From NCBI GenBank assembly GCA_963841495.1, contig CAWJDJ010000011.1:589518-653517 (forward strand): a stretch of DNA of 64,000 nucleotides, written 5' to 3'. Position 1 is the stretch's first letter, and every line of letters starts with the position of its first letter. This DNA comes from an uncultured Verrucomicrobiae bacterium (GTDB taxonomy: Bacteria; Verrucomicrobiota; Verrucomicrobiia; Limisphaerales; CAIMTB01). This document shows positions 32,391 to 41,237 of this stretch, piece by piece. Under the pieces are notes generated by a model. It was not told where the DNA came from and did not search any database. It worked only from the letters and a program-made list of their open reading frames with translations. Both the position numbers and the translations under genes were made by a program.

Positions 32391-33458
32391 ATGACAGCAC
32401 CCGATGCTTCCCTTCGATCGGCGGCCGGGCATCGCCCGGCGATGGGTACCTTCACCCGCAGGGCGTTCTTGTGCGGAGCGACCGCCGTGACGGTGGTGGC
32501 CGGGATGAACGCGCGCCTCGCGCGCGGCGCCGAGGCTCCACCCGCGACGGGCGGTGGGGCGATTCCCCGGCGCGACCTCGGGCGAACCGGCGAGAAGGTC
32601 TCCCTGGTCGGCCTCGGGGGATTCCACATCGGCGTCCAGCCCGATGAACAGGACAGTGTTCGCATTGTCCGAGCGGCGCTCGACGGAGGCATCAATTTCC
32701 TCGACAACTGCTGGGACTACAACGACGGCAGAAGCGAGGTCCGCATGGGCAAGGCCCTCCGGGATGGATACCGGGAAAAGGCGTTCCTGATGACCAAGAT
32801 CGACGGGCGGACACGGACAGCGGCCGCTCTGCAGATCGACGACTCCCTTCGGCGCCTGCAGACGGACCACATCGATCTCCTGCAATTTCACGAGGTCATC
32901 CGCGAGAACGATCCGGAGAGGATCTTCTCGGCAGGCGGCGGCATGGAGGCCGCCCTGGAGGCGAAGAAGGCCGGCAAGATTCGCTTCATCGGGTTCACGG
33001 GGCACAAGAGTCCGGCGATCCACCGGCACATGCTCGACGCCGCGGCGCGCCATGACTTCACCTTCGACACCGTCCAGATGCCACTCAACGTCATGGACGC
33101 CCATTACGATAGTTTCGAAAAGCAGGTGGTGCCGATCCTCGTCGAGCATCGCATCGGCGTTCTGGGGATGAAACCGCTCGGCAGCGGAGCCATACTGCGC
33201 ACGAACACCGTCTCCGCCGTCGACTGTCTCCACTACGCGATGAGTCTGCCGGTCAGCGTCGTCATCACGGGGTGCGATTCCATGAAGATCCTCGACCAGG
33301 CCCTGTCCGCCGCGCGCGCCTTTCAGCCGCTTTCATCCGAACGACGGACCCGGCTGCTCGCGTCCACCGCCGAGGCCGCGGAGAAGGGGCAATACGAAGG
33401 TTACAAAACCTCGGAAGGCTTCGACGCCACATCGCGACACCCGGAATGGCTGGGCTGA
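32391..33458 (+). CDS. Tat-signal aldo/keto reductase
   Basis: MGTFTRRAFLCGATAVTVVAG Tat signal (ATG at 32391 or 32442). Other motifs: LGRTGEKVSLVGLGG, IDLLQFHE, GFTGHK. Confidence 0.75.
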   Translation: MTAPDASLRSAAGHRPAMGTFTRRAFLCGATAVTVVAGMNARLARGAEAPPATGGGAIPRRDLGRTGEKVSLVGLGGFHIGVQPDEQDSVRIVRAALDGGINFLDNCWDYNDGRSEVRMGKALRDGYREKAFLMTKIDGRTRTAAALQIDDSLRRLQTDHIDLLQFHEVIRENDPERIFSAGGGMEAALEAKKAGKIRFIGFTGHKSPAIHRHMLDAAARHDFTFDTVQMPLNVMDAHYDSFEKQVVPILVEHRIGVLGMKPLGSGAILRTNTVSAVDCLHYAMSLPVSVVITGCDSMKILDQALSAARAFQPLSSERRTRLLASTAEAAEKGQYEGYKTSEGFDATSRHPEWLG

Positions 33459-33542
33459 AAAGATGAGGAACAGGGAATCGGGAGGCAGGGCGCGTGTGCA
33501 TTGGAGGCATTGCATGGACCGTGCGGCTACGGATCATGAGCA

Positions 33543-33950
33543 TCAACGCGGGGGCGTGATCTCAGCCTTCGACAGCATCAGATCGCCCTCCGTGAAGAAA
33601 CCCTTCCGGCAGACCACCGTCAGGACGATCAGGTCATCCGGATCCCCCGATGTGAACGGAACGAATCTCACCCGCCGGTCTTTGAGAAAGAAGTAGAGCT
33701 CGTCCGAAATGACGTTTGCCGCCTTCAACTGATCGGGATCCAGCGGCATCGTTACGGAATGCGCCTCGTAGAAGGGTCGAAGCGCCGTTTGAAGGCGCTC
33801 CATTCGCATCTGCGCGCGCTCCGCCCATGCGTCGGCACTGATCCGGGCAAGGACGTTGCCAGCGGCGCCCGCAAGGAGGGTCGCCAGGATGGCGATGATC
33901 CCGATGACGCACAGCAACTCGATCAGGCTGAAGGCGCACGGGTCTTTCAC
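33543..33950 (-). CDS. Prepilin-type N-terminal domain protein with degenerate cleavage site (pseudopilin-like)
   Basis: AFSLIELLCVIGIIAILATLLAGAAG is a class-III hydrophobic segment preceded by C-A instead of G. The start is uncertain: candidate GTG about 33950, the longest ORF reaches 34103. Confidence 0.45.
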   Translation of the reverse strand: MKDPCAFSLIELLCVIGIIAILATLLAGAAGNVLARISADAWAERAQMRMERLQTALRPFYEAHSVTMPLDPDQLKAANVISDELYFFLKDRRVRFVPFTSGDPDDLIVLTVVCRKGFFTEGDLMLSKAEITPPR

Positions 33951-34230
33951 CCATGAACCGCACGTCGGCAGCCGCCGAGGTGACGAGGCGGAGCCACGGG
34001 TGTCCGCCTCCTTGCGTCGGCGGCTGGGCGGTCCCTGGTCCAAACCCGCGACCCGCGGACCGTCGATGCCGCCCCCGGACCGCAGCGCCATTTGCGGTGT
34101 CATTGTCCCTTTGGACCGCGCGGCTCGGTTCTGCTCACGGACCCTTCCAATTGGTCAGGCGTGGACCCATTCCGATGCGTGAGCCGTGTCGGCTGAACCT
34201 GGATGCATCCCGACCACGGGAATTGCGGAA

Positions 34231-34893
34231 TTACCCTCTTCCGTCAGTCCGAACAGGGCTGGGGTGAAAGGGTCCGTTCCTTCGCGCGCCGAAGTCCCGG
34301 GTCGGATCCGGGATGGTTGCCAGGTCCCGCGGGCCATGCCAGCCCCAGCCTGCGCCTTGGAAACGGATGCCACCCATGACACGTCCCACCAGGGCGTCCC
34401 GCGGGATTACCGCGTAGAAAAGAATCCCTTCCGACATCGCGCGGTTGTCGCCAAGGACGGCAAATCGGTCGCCCGACAGCTTCCCGCAGCCGACGGAGAG
34501 ATCACCGGGATTGATCGCGTGGTGCTCGTCGATGGGTCGGCCATCGATCCGGAGCACACTATCCACCACTTCGACCGATTCGCCCGGCAATCCGACAACG
34601 CGCTTGACGATGAATTCCGACCGGAAACGCGCCACGACCATCTCTCCGCGCCCGGGATCGACATCCTGGTAGACTCCCTTGCGGACGAGCAGGATGTCAC
34701 TGGATTCCAGCGTGGGATGCATGCTGCTCCCGACGACCAGGACGATCTCGAAATGGCTCCGCAATGCGAGGAGCGCGCACAGAAGGCCCGCACTCAGGAC
34801 CAGCCACGTCGTTCGACGCCAGTTCAAGGCCAGGAAACGGCGACATGAAAAGCGCCGACGCCTTGCTCCGCAGGAGGGCCTGTGGGGGGTCAT
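34231..34893 (-). CDS. lepB: Signal peptidase I
   Basis: GSSMHPTL (Ser box), RVVGLPGE, GDNRAMSEGI catalytic boxes. Confidence 0.8.
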   Translation of the reverse strand: MTPHRPSCGARRRRFSCRRFLALNWRRTTWLVLSAGLLCALLALRSHFEIVLVVGSSMHPTLESSDILLVRKGVYQDVDPGRGEMVVARFRSEFIVKRVVGLPGESVEVVDSVLRIDGRPIDEHHAINPGDLSVGCGKLSGDRFAVLGDNRAMSEGILFYAVIPRDALVGRVMGGIRFQGAGWGWHGPRDLATIPDPTRDFGARRNGPFHPSPVRTDGRG

Positions 34894-35513
34894 GGGGTGT
34901 AGTTCGTCCAGCCCGGTTCGGGTTCATCGACAGGGGCCGGTGTAGGTTTTGGGGTTGGACGATACGCGCGCGGTATCGAGTCCAGGTGCTCCAGCGCGGC
35001 AGCGACCTCCGGTTCCCGGTCCGTCGCACATCCGATCGCCAGGGCCCGGGCTCGGTATTCCTCGACCACCGCTTCCGTGGGCTGTTGGTAGAGAACCGCC
35101 AGGTAGGCGTCCAGCCACTCGTCCTCGCGTCCGGCCTTCTCCAAAAACCTGAGCAGTTCGCCCTGAAGAAGATCCTCCGGGTCCGATCCCGCGAAGGACT
35201 CGAGCTGACTCCGGATCTCAACGATCGCGGTCGAAAGGCCGCGATCCCGCAGGACGGCGATGGGCTCGGTTGTGCCCGTCAAAGGCGAACGGGTCTGCAA
35301 ATACTGCGCCCGGATCTCCGCAACGGTCCGGAGGCAGAGCGCCCGAAGCATGGATTTCGTCTGTTCCAGCTCCGAAAACGAAGTCCACCCCATGAAGTGT
35401 TCCAGCGGAGGCACCCGGATTAAGAATCTTGGAGCCGGCTCTTTCGCGAACCACGGAGCCGTTAGAAAGCCCACAAGAAAGCCACTCATGAGCAGCGCGC
35501 CCATCAGCGCCAT
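34890..35513 (-). CDS. Hypothetical membrane-anchored protein
   Basis: ATG verified at 35513 (MALMGALLMSGFLVGFL TM anchor). ATGA-type overlap with lepB. Confidence 0.4.
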   Translation of the reverse strand: MALMGALLMSGFLVGFLTAPWFAKEPAPRFLIRVPPLEHFMGWTSFSELEQTKSMLRALCLRTVAEIRAQYLQTRSPLTGTTEPIAVLRDRGLSTAIVEIRSQLESFAGSDPEDLLQGELLRFLEKAGREDEWLDAYLAVLYQQPTEAVVEEYRARALAIGCATDREPEVAAALEHLDSIPRAYRPTPKPTPAPVDEPEPGWTNYTP

Positions 35514-35850
35514 GTAGACACGCCGTCGACGGGAAGGGGGGGCCTCGGGAGGACGCAGCCCCCGGCATCGCCGCCGCCGTGGTCGAAAACCACGCGGGCC
35601 AATCCTTGGGCTCGTCACCCGGGGTTCGGCTACCACCTGCTCGCCAGGCGGGTCGTCTCGACCTGCGGGTCGGCTCATCAATGATGTTTTCGGCTAATCC
35701 TGTCCTGGCATGAGCGAAAATGTGGTGAATGGGGGGGGAGCCGGGGGCGGAACCCGGCCGTCCCGCGGTTTCGCAGGATGCGAAGAGACCGCGTTGCATC
35801 CGAGGGATCTCCTCCCCCGGGCGACCGCTCGTGTCGCGGCCGCCGACGAA

Positions 35851-37089
35851 TCAGGCTTCGACCCGGATCTCGCGAGGCCATTGTTGATAGGCCTCCCAAT
35901 AGGTCTTCTTCAGCGCGATTTCGTCGTCGTCCGCGGAGGGTTGCATCCGACCGGCGGAATCAACGGCCCGCGACACAACAACGTGCGCGCCAGGCTGAAC
36001 GTCACCCAGGTCGATCGAGAAGAACTGCCACGAATAACGGGACTGGTGAGCATCATCGAGACGGGCGGGGCGCCACGGGCCGTCATCGACCCTCACCTCC
36101 ACCCGCGCGATGCCGGAGCCGTCGCTCCAGGCGGCACCCCCGGCGCGAAGCGGGACCAGGCCGCCGCGCGTCGGTCGGCGGGTCACCCGCGCGATCACCG
36201 ATTTCACATTCATACGCGTCACGGAGGTCTCGACATAATCGATTTCGCTCCCTCGCCGTTCTCCGCGAACAGTGACATAGTCGCGACCCATGAAGCGGCC
36301 CATGTAGCGACGGTCCCGGATGTCGATCCGTGTCAGCCACTTGACGTTGGCGATGCCGTACCATCCCGGAACGATCAGTCGCAGAGGCGCCCCGTGTCGC
36401 TCTTCCAGCGGCGAACCATTCCGCTCGTAGGCCAGAAGCAACGGCAAATCGAGCGCGTCCCGCAGCGACAGGCTCCGCCCAAACGGCACCTCGACGGTCA
36501 ACTCGCGAGGCGTCCCCTTCCTGAGGGTCTCTGCCTTGTGATCGGCCCCGAAGAACACAACCTCGCGCGCCGACGATGCGATCCCGCAGCGCTCGAGGAG
36601 CGGCCGGAGGGGTGTTCCGGTCCATCGGCTGTTGTAGACCGCGTTCATGAATCCCTTCGACGATCCGTTCCCGGAACATTCCAGCGTCATCAACTGGTGA
36701 CGACGCGGCAGCGACCGGATCTCGTCGAGGGTCAAGGTCCGCGGTTTGCGGACCCGCCCCGTGATCTCCAGGCGGAAATCCTCCTTGCGGACGACCGGCA
36801 CACCATAGTGCTGGACGTTGAAGGCCTGGTCCGTCGGCGTCAGCCAGTCGTGGAGCGTCTCCCAGTCCAGTTGGTTCGGACCCGTTCGCGGCATGTTCAG
36901 GAAGGGGACCAGGATCTCCCCGGAACCTTCGGCGGCTTCGCCATCCCGAGACCATGCAGGCATCCAGGCGCCCGCGGTTGCCGCGGCCACCGCCGTGGCG
37001 CCGGCCTTCAGGACGTCGCGACGGCTGACCCCCCAGACGACAGACGCACGCGAACCGGAGTCTTCAGCCGATCCAATGGGTGTTTTCAT
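35851..37089 (-). CDS. Tat-signal molybdopterin-dependent oxidoreductase (sulfite oxidase / YedY-like)
   Basis: SRRDVLKAGATAVAAATAGAW Tat signal. Moco-binding (MTLECSGN, IVPGWYGIANVKWL) and a C-terminal dimerisation domain. Confidence 0.7.
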   Translation of the reverse strand: MKTPIGSAEDSGSRASVVWGVSRRDVLKAGATAVAAATAGAWMPAWSRDGEAAEGSGEILVPFLNMPRTGPNQLDWETLHDWLTPTDQAFNVQHYGVPVVRKEDFRLEITGRVRKPRTLTLDEIRSLPRRHQLMTLECSGNGSSKGFMNAVYNSRWTGTPLRPLLERCGIASSAREVVFFGADHKAETLRKGTPRELTVEVPFGRSLSLRDALDLPLLLAYERNGSPLEERHGAPLRLIVPGWYGIANVKWLTRIDIRDRRYMGRFMGRDYVTVRGERRGSEIDYVETSVTRMNVKSVIARVTRRPTRGGLVPLRAGGAAWSDGSGIARVEVRVDDGPWRPARLDDAHQSRYSWQFFSIDLGDVQPGAHVVVSRAVDSAGRMQPSADDDEIALKKTYWEAYQQWPREIRVEA

Positions 37090-37132
37090 GTTTCAAGATG
37101 GGAAGGATGGCAGCCGGGAGGGAGGAGACCGA

Positions 37133-37870
37133 TCAGTGGGTGCGCTGAAGATCATCCGGAGTCAGTTCCAGGTCGACGACGGTTGTTTCACCCCCCCGAA
37201 CGGCAACGGGCCGACGGGCCTGCAGGCGACCGGCGGGATGCATGACCCCCAGGGTGTAATTGCCCGCAGGCACATGCTCCAGCCGAAACCTCCCGTCCTT
37301 CTCCGTCACCTGGAACCACCGATGGCTGAAAACATAGATCCAGGCACGCATGCCCCCGTGGAAGGCGCATCCAATGTGAATCGGATGAGACAACCCGCCC
37401 GCGCGCGTGAACCGCTCGACGTGCTCATTGCCCTTGCCCAGCACGAGGTTGAAAGGATGGGGTCCGTCCGCCGTCAGGACGCTGTGAACCGAGTCGTCGC
37501 TGTTCAGAAATCGGACGGCGTCTCCGCTTTGCACCGCAAGGGTCTCGGGCACGAACTGGAAGTTCACCTGGTCCATGACCTGGGTGCGCACAATGCCGGC
37601 ATCGATGGGCCGCCCCAGTCGCTCATCCAGCAGCGCGACGACCGTCTCTGCCAACCACCCCTTGACCGGGTCCTGGATGTAGTACCGGGAAAAGATCCAC
37701 GGATGTCGGGGATCGCCGGTGTAGCGCACGGTCCCTTCAATCACACCCGTTCCCGCGGCGATCGCCGCAGGCCCGTTGCTCGAAGGATCACCGGCGAAGG
37801 TGAGACGCCCCCCGGCAACCGCGAGGTAAAGGAGGAGATTCGTGAGCTTTATGGCCTTCATGGCCTTCAT
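37133..37870 (-). CDS. Secreted cupredoxin-like (type-1 copper) protein with C-terminal CarboxypepD_reg-like domain
   Basis: Signal peptide. H...C..H..M arrangement (SVHSV...HIGCAFHGGMRAW). GRFRLEHVPAGNYTL looks like a carboxypeptidase regulatory domain. 4-nt overlap with the upstream MFS gene. Confidence 0.5.
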   Translation of the reverse strand: MKAMKAIKLTNLLLYLAVAGGRLTFAGDPSSNGPAAIAAGTGVIEGTVRYTGDPRHPWIFSRYYIQDPVKGWLAETVVALLDERLGRPIDAGIVRTQVMDQVNFQFVPETLAVQSGDAVRFLNSDDSVHSVLTADGPHPFNLVLGKGNEHVERFTRAGGLSHPIHIGCAFHGGMRAWIYVFSHRWFQVTEKDGRFRLEHVPAGNYTLGVMHPAGRLQARRPVAVRGGETTVVDLELTPDDLQRTH

Positions 37871-39159
37871 GACCTTCGCTCCGGCGCCCTCGGTGCATCC
37901 GATCCTGTTCCGGAAGGGATGCGCCGGTGCAGCACCGGTGAAGCAGGCGCCGGCACTGGTTCCTTCGCAACCACCGCATCCCGCACTTCAACCCGGGACG
38001 CCAGCCACCAACTGATCAATCCGGCGCCCACCGCCATCCAACCGAGCCAGTGGAAATTCTGCAACTGCCCCGACGGACTCTTCACGACGACCCAACCGCC
38101 AACGGTGGACGTCAGGCCCGCCGCGAGATCGCGCGCGCAACTGCTCAGGCTCATGAACGCGCCTCGTCGTGAGGCCGGCACGGCCAGCGTCATGATGGCT
38201 TGTCCCGGCACAAATCGGCCGCTCGCGAAGACGAAGAACAATCCCGCCAGCACAAGCACCGACCAGACCGGCAACGGACCCGAGTTGGCGATGGCCAGGG
38301 TCACCGCACACGCCCCCACGACGAGCACGCCATAGACGCGAAACCGACCGTGCCTGTCTGCCAGTCGTCCGACAGTCGGGGCCGTGAATACCGTCAGCAC
38401 CCCGCCCGTGAGATACACAAGAAACAGGTCGTGCTCGGGCAATCCCACGTTGCTGACAAGGTAGGGAGACAGCAGCGGAATGATCGAAAAATGCCCGAAC
38501 ACCAGCGCACCCATGAACAGGAGCGCCCGCCCGGCGTTGGCATCGCGAAGCAGGGACGCGAACGCCCTCCAGATGTCCGGATGCGCGTGAAGATGGCCGC
38601 GCATGGAAGGAAGACCGCGACAGAGCAGCGCCCACATCACCGCGGCCATTCCGGCGAGGAGAAAGAACGGCGCCTCCCACTGCCACCGCTGGGCCAGTTG
38701 AAGCCCGAATGGCACGCCGAGCGCCGCCGCCGCCGAGAATGCCGTCATGATGATCCCAATCCCTGCCGCCCGTCTCTCGGGCGGGACCACGTCGCTCACG
38801 ATGGCCAGGACCAGGGACCCCGACACGCCGCCAAATGTCCCGCTCATCGCCCGCGCGGCCAGGAGGACATTGGCGTCCCGCGACAACGCGCAGCCCAGCG
38901 TCGCGAGCACGAAACCCGCGTAAGTCACCAGCAGCAAACGACGCCGATCGAACCGGTCGATGAAAGGCGCCGCCAGGAGTCCAACCACACCGGAGCTGAT
39001 GGTGTACGCCGCCACCAGTGCGCTGAAGTGGCCCGGTCCAATCCGCAGTTCCCGCATCAATTGCGGACCCAGCGGCATCAGGATCATGAAATCCATGATG
39101 TGGGTGAACTGCACCGATGCGAGCAGGAGAAGAAGGGATCGTTCGGAAAGACGCGCCAT
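37867..39159 (-). CDS. MFS transporter
   Basis: 12 predicted TM segments with MFS motifs. Confidence 0.75.
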   Translation of the reverse strand: MARLSERSLLLLLASVQFTHIMDFMILMPLGPQLMRELRIGPGHFSALVAAYTISSGVVGLLAAPFIDRFDRRRLLLVTYAGFVLATLGCALSRDANVLLAARAMSGTFGGVSGSLVLAIVSDVVPPERRAAGIGIIMTAFSAAAALGVPFGLQLAQRWQWEAPFFLLAGMAAVMWALLCRGLPSMRGHLHAHPDIWRAFASLLRDANAGRALLFMGALVFGHFSIIPLLSPYLVSNVGLPEHDLFLVYLTGGVLTVFTAPTVGRLADRHGRFRVYGVLVVGACAVTLAIANSGPLPVWSVLVLAGLFFVFASGRFVPGQAIMTLAVPASRRGAFMSLSSCARDLAAGLTSTVGGWVVVKSPSGQLQNFHWLGWMAVGAGLISWWLASRVEVRDAVVAKEPVPAPASPVLHRRIPSGTGSDAPRAPERRS

Positions 39160-39378
39160 GACGCAATTCGAACACCGTCGCGTTAGCGGATATACATGGA
39201 TCGCGGAATGCCCGGCGAGGATCGTTTGCTACCTGAGTTCCGTCCATTCGAAGTGCATGCCCTTTGCCAGGCTGCTGCCGACGTTGCCACCGAGGAGGAC
39301 CTCGGCGTCCCGCGCCGCCCCGGACAGGGGTGGAACTCAGGTTGGGTTGCAGTTGGACCGACGGTGCGCGCCGCGGCG

Positions 39379-39714
39379 TCAGGCCGCCACGCGCCCGGGT
39401 TCTCGCGTTGATGCCAGCAGGAACTGCTGACGCGCGTACCAGGTGGCGAGCGAGTCGGCCTTCTCCGCGGCCAGCTCTGGAAAGAGCAGGTGGGGAAAAC
39501 CACTCTCCCACGCCAGGGCCTCGGCTTCGGTCAGCACCTGGCGGAGCATGGGTTCCGGCGCCAGGCTGGCATGCTGGTACTTGCCGAGGATGGCGGCCCT
39601 GGTGCGCTGCAGGTTGTCGAGGATGGCGCGGCAGACGGGGTGGTCGGCGGCGCGGCCGGGATGGGGTTTGGGACTGTGACGACGGGTCGAGCTGGGGCAG
39701 GCATGGGCGTTCAT
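39379..39714 (-). CDS. Small hypothetical protein
   Basis: 111-aa ORF between the TetR and MFS genes on the same strand. Confidence 0.3.
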   Translation of the reverse strand: MNAHACPSSTRRHSPKPHPGRAADHPVCRAILDNLQRTRAAILGKYQHASLAPEPMLRQVLTEAEALAWESGFPHLLFPELAAEKADSLATWYARQQFLLASTREPGRVAA

Positions 39715-39788
39715 GACAGATGGGCTTAGATAGTTGTCTATTTAGTCAACTTTCCGACCAAAAAAAATGACGCGACCCAGGACGCGCC

Positions 39789-40403
39789 TCACGCCGTCTC
39801 CAGGACCTCCCTCCTGACCCCAAGCAGGTCGTACGTCCCCTCCACAGCCTCGTGCAACACCTCCAGGCTGTTCTCAATCCGCGCCTGCGTCGCCAGGCCC
39901 TGGTAATACGCAAACAGGATCCGCGACTTCGCCACAGGGTCCGGCACATTCGCCAGCCTGGCCGCGTGGGCATCTCGAAGCGTCGACTCCAGGTACCGCC
40001 GCTTGTACTCGAGGATCTCCTGGATCTTCTTCTGTAACCGGTCCTCCCGCGTGCTGATCTCCGCGCCGACCGAGAACAAGGGACACCCGAGAACACAACC
40101 GTACTTGCCCTGCAAGTCCGCCTGGAATCGATAGCTGTATTCGCAGTACCGCCGCAGGCGCTCCAGCGGCGGACGGCTTGACGAAAAGATCGCGTCGAGT
40201 TCCGTCCGGTGCCGCTCCCACTGCCGGTCCAGTGCCGCCAGGGCCAGGTCCGCCTTCGACTCGAAGAAGTAGTAAAAACTCCCCTTCTTCACGCCGGCCT
40301 TTTCGCAAATCCGATCGATGGTCGTGCTCCCGTACGAGCCCGTCCAAATCAGCTCACCGACCGCCGTCATCAGGCGTTCTCTGGCGTCACTGACCCGTCC
40401 CAT
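39789..40403 (-). CDS. TetR/AcrR family transcriptional regulator
   Basis: ATG at 40403 (MGRVSDARERLMTAVGELI). HTH stretch TIDRICEKAGVKKGSFYYFF. Confidence 0.8.
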   Translation of the reverse strand: MGRVSDARERLMTAVGELIWTGSYGSTTIDRICEKAGVKKGSFYYFFESKADLALAALDRQWERHRTELDAIFSSSRPPLERLRRYCEYSYRFQADLQGKYGCVLGCPLFSVGAEISTREDRLQKKIQEILEYKRRYLESTLRDAHAARLANVPDPVAKSRILFAYYQGLATQARIENSLEVLHEAVEGTYDLLGVRREVLETA

Positions 40404-40525
40404 GATCTCGGTCCTCACGCGAACCGGCGGAACTGTTGAATCGATCCATCGATTCGCTGGGCCGCAATCTGCCAAACTAGACTAAACGGTCAACAAAAAT
40501 TCCCGCGCGGGGAACCCGGGCCGGT

Positions 40526-41146
40526 TCAGGGCCTTCGAAAGCTTGCGCGCAACGTTGAAATGCCCCTGGCCAGAAACTCGCGCTCGAAATCCGTGAGGAC
40601 GGACCGGAGCTCCTCCGGTGTCTCCTCCGGCCGGAACGTCTCGCTGAACGCGGAGAAGACCGCGGTCATCTGGCTGAAATAGTCGGCATTGTCGGTGCGA
40701 AGGTGAAGCCATCCGCCCGCCTTGAGCGCGCGATGCGCGATCGACGCGAAGTGCTCATTCACGAGGCGATTCTTGCGATGCCGCCGTTTGGGCCACGGAT
40801 CGGGAAAGTACACGTGCAAGACCTCGACGCTTCCAGGAGGAAGGAGGTATTCGAGGCAATAGGACGCCTCGATCCGCAGCCCACGGACGCCTTCGAGCCC
40901 CGCCCTTTGTGCCTTGCGATCCAGTTTGCGGATCCGTCCCAACAGTCGCTCGACGCCCAGGAAGTTGCGGTCCGGGTGGCGTCGAGCCCATTCCACGAGG
41001 AACGAGCCGTCTCCGCTCCCCAGTTCAACCTCGAGCGGTCCGGCTTGGGGAAAGAGGGTGTCCAGCGGCAGCGGTTGGATCCAGGACTCGGGGTGAGCAA
41101 GGAATCTGTCGGGGACGATGATCAGGGCAGGCGAGGGGGATTTCAT
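40526..41146 (-). CDS. trmB: tRNA (guanine-N7)-methyltransferase
   Basis: ATG verified at 41146. VELGSGDGSF, VYFPDPWPKRRHRKNRL signature. Confidence 0.8.
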   Translation of the reverse strand: MKSPSPALIIVPDRFLAHPESWIQPLPLDTLFPQAGPLEVELGSGDGSFLVEWARRHPDRNFLGVERLLGRIRKLDRKAQRAGLEGVRGLRIEASYCLEYLLPPGSVEVLHVYFPDPWPKRRHRKNRLVNEHFASIAHRALKAGGWLHLRTDNADYFSQMTAVFSAFSETFRPEETPEELRSVLTDFEREFLARGISTLRASFRRP

Positions 41147-41237
41147 TGGGAGATACCACGGTTCCAGGAGCGCGTGTTTCGGTTCCTGCACCGCAGCCGC
41201 CGCCCCGTGAGGAGGCGGACTCCGGAGGCGCCCGGGC

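Noticed and set aside
35710-39511. Long ORFs 35710..37245(+), 36818..38335(+), 37988..39511(-), 38200..39186(+)
   Set aside because: They overlap the well-supported sulfite-oxidase-like, cupredoxin and MFS genes in other frames or strands; low-complexity compositions.
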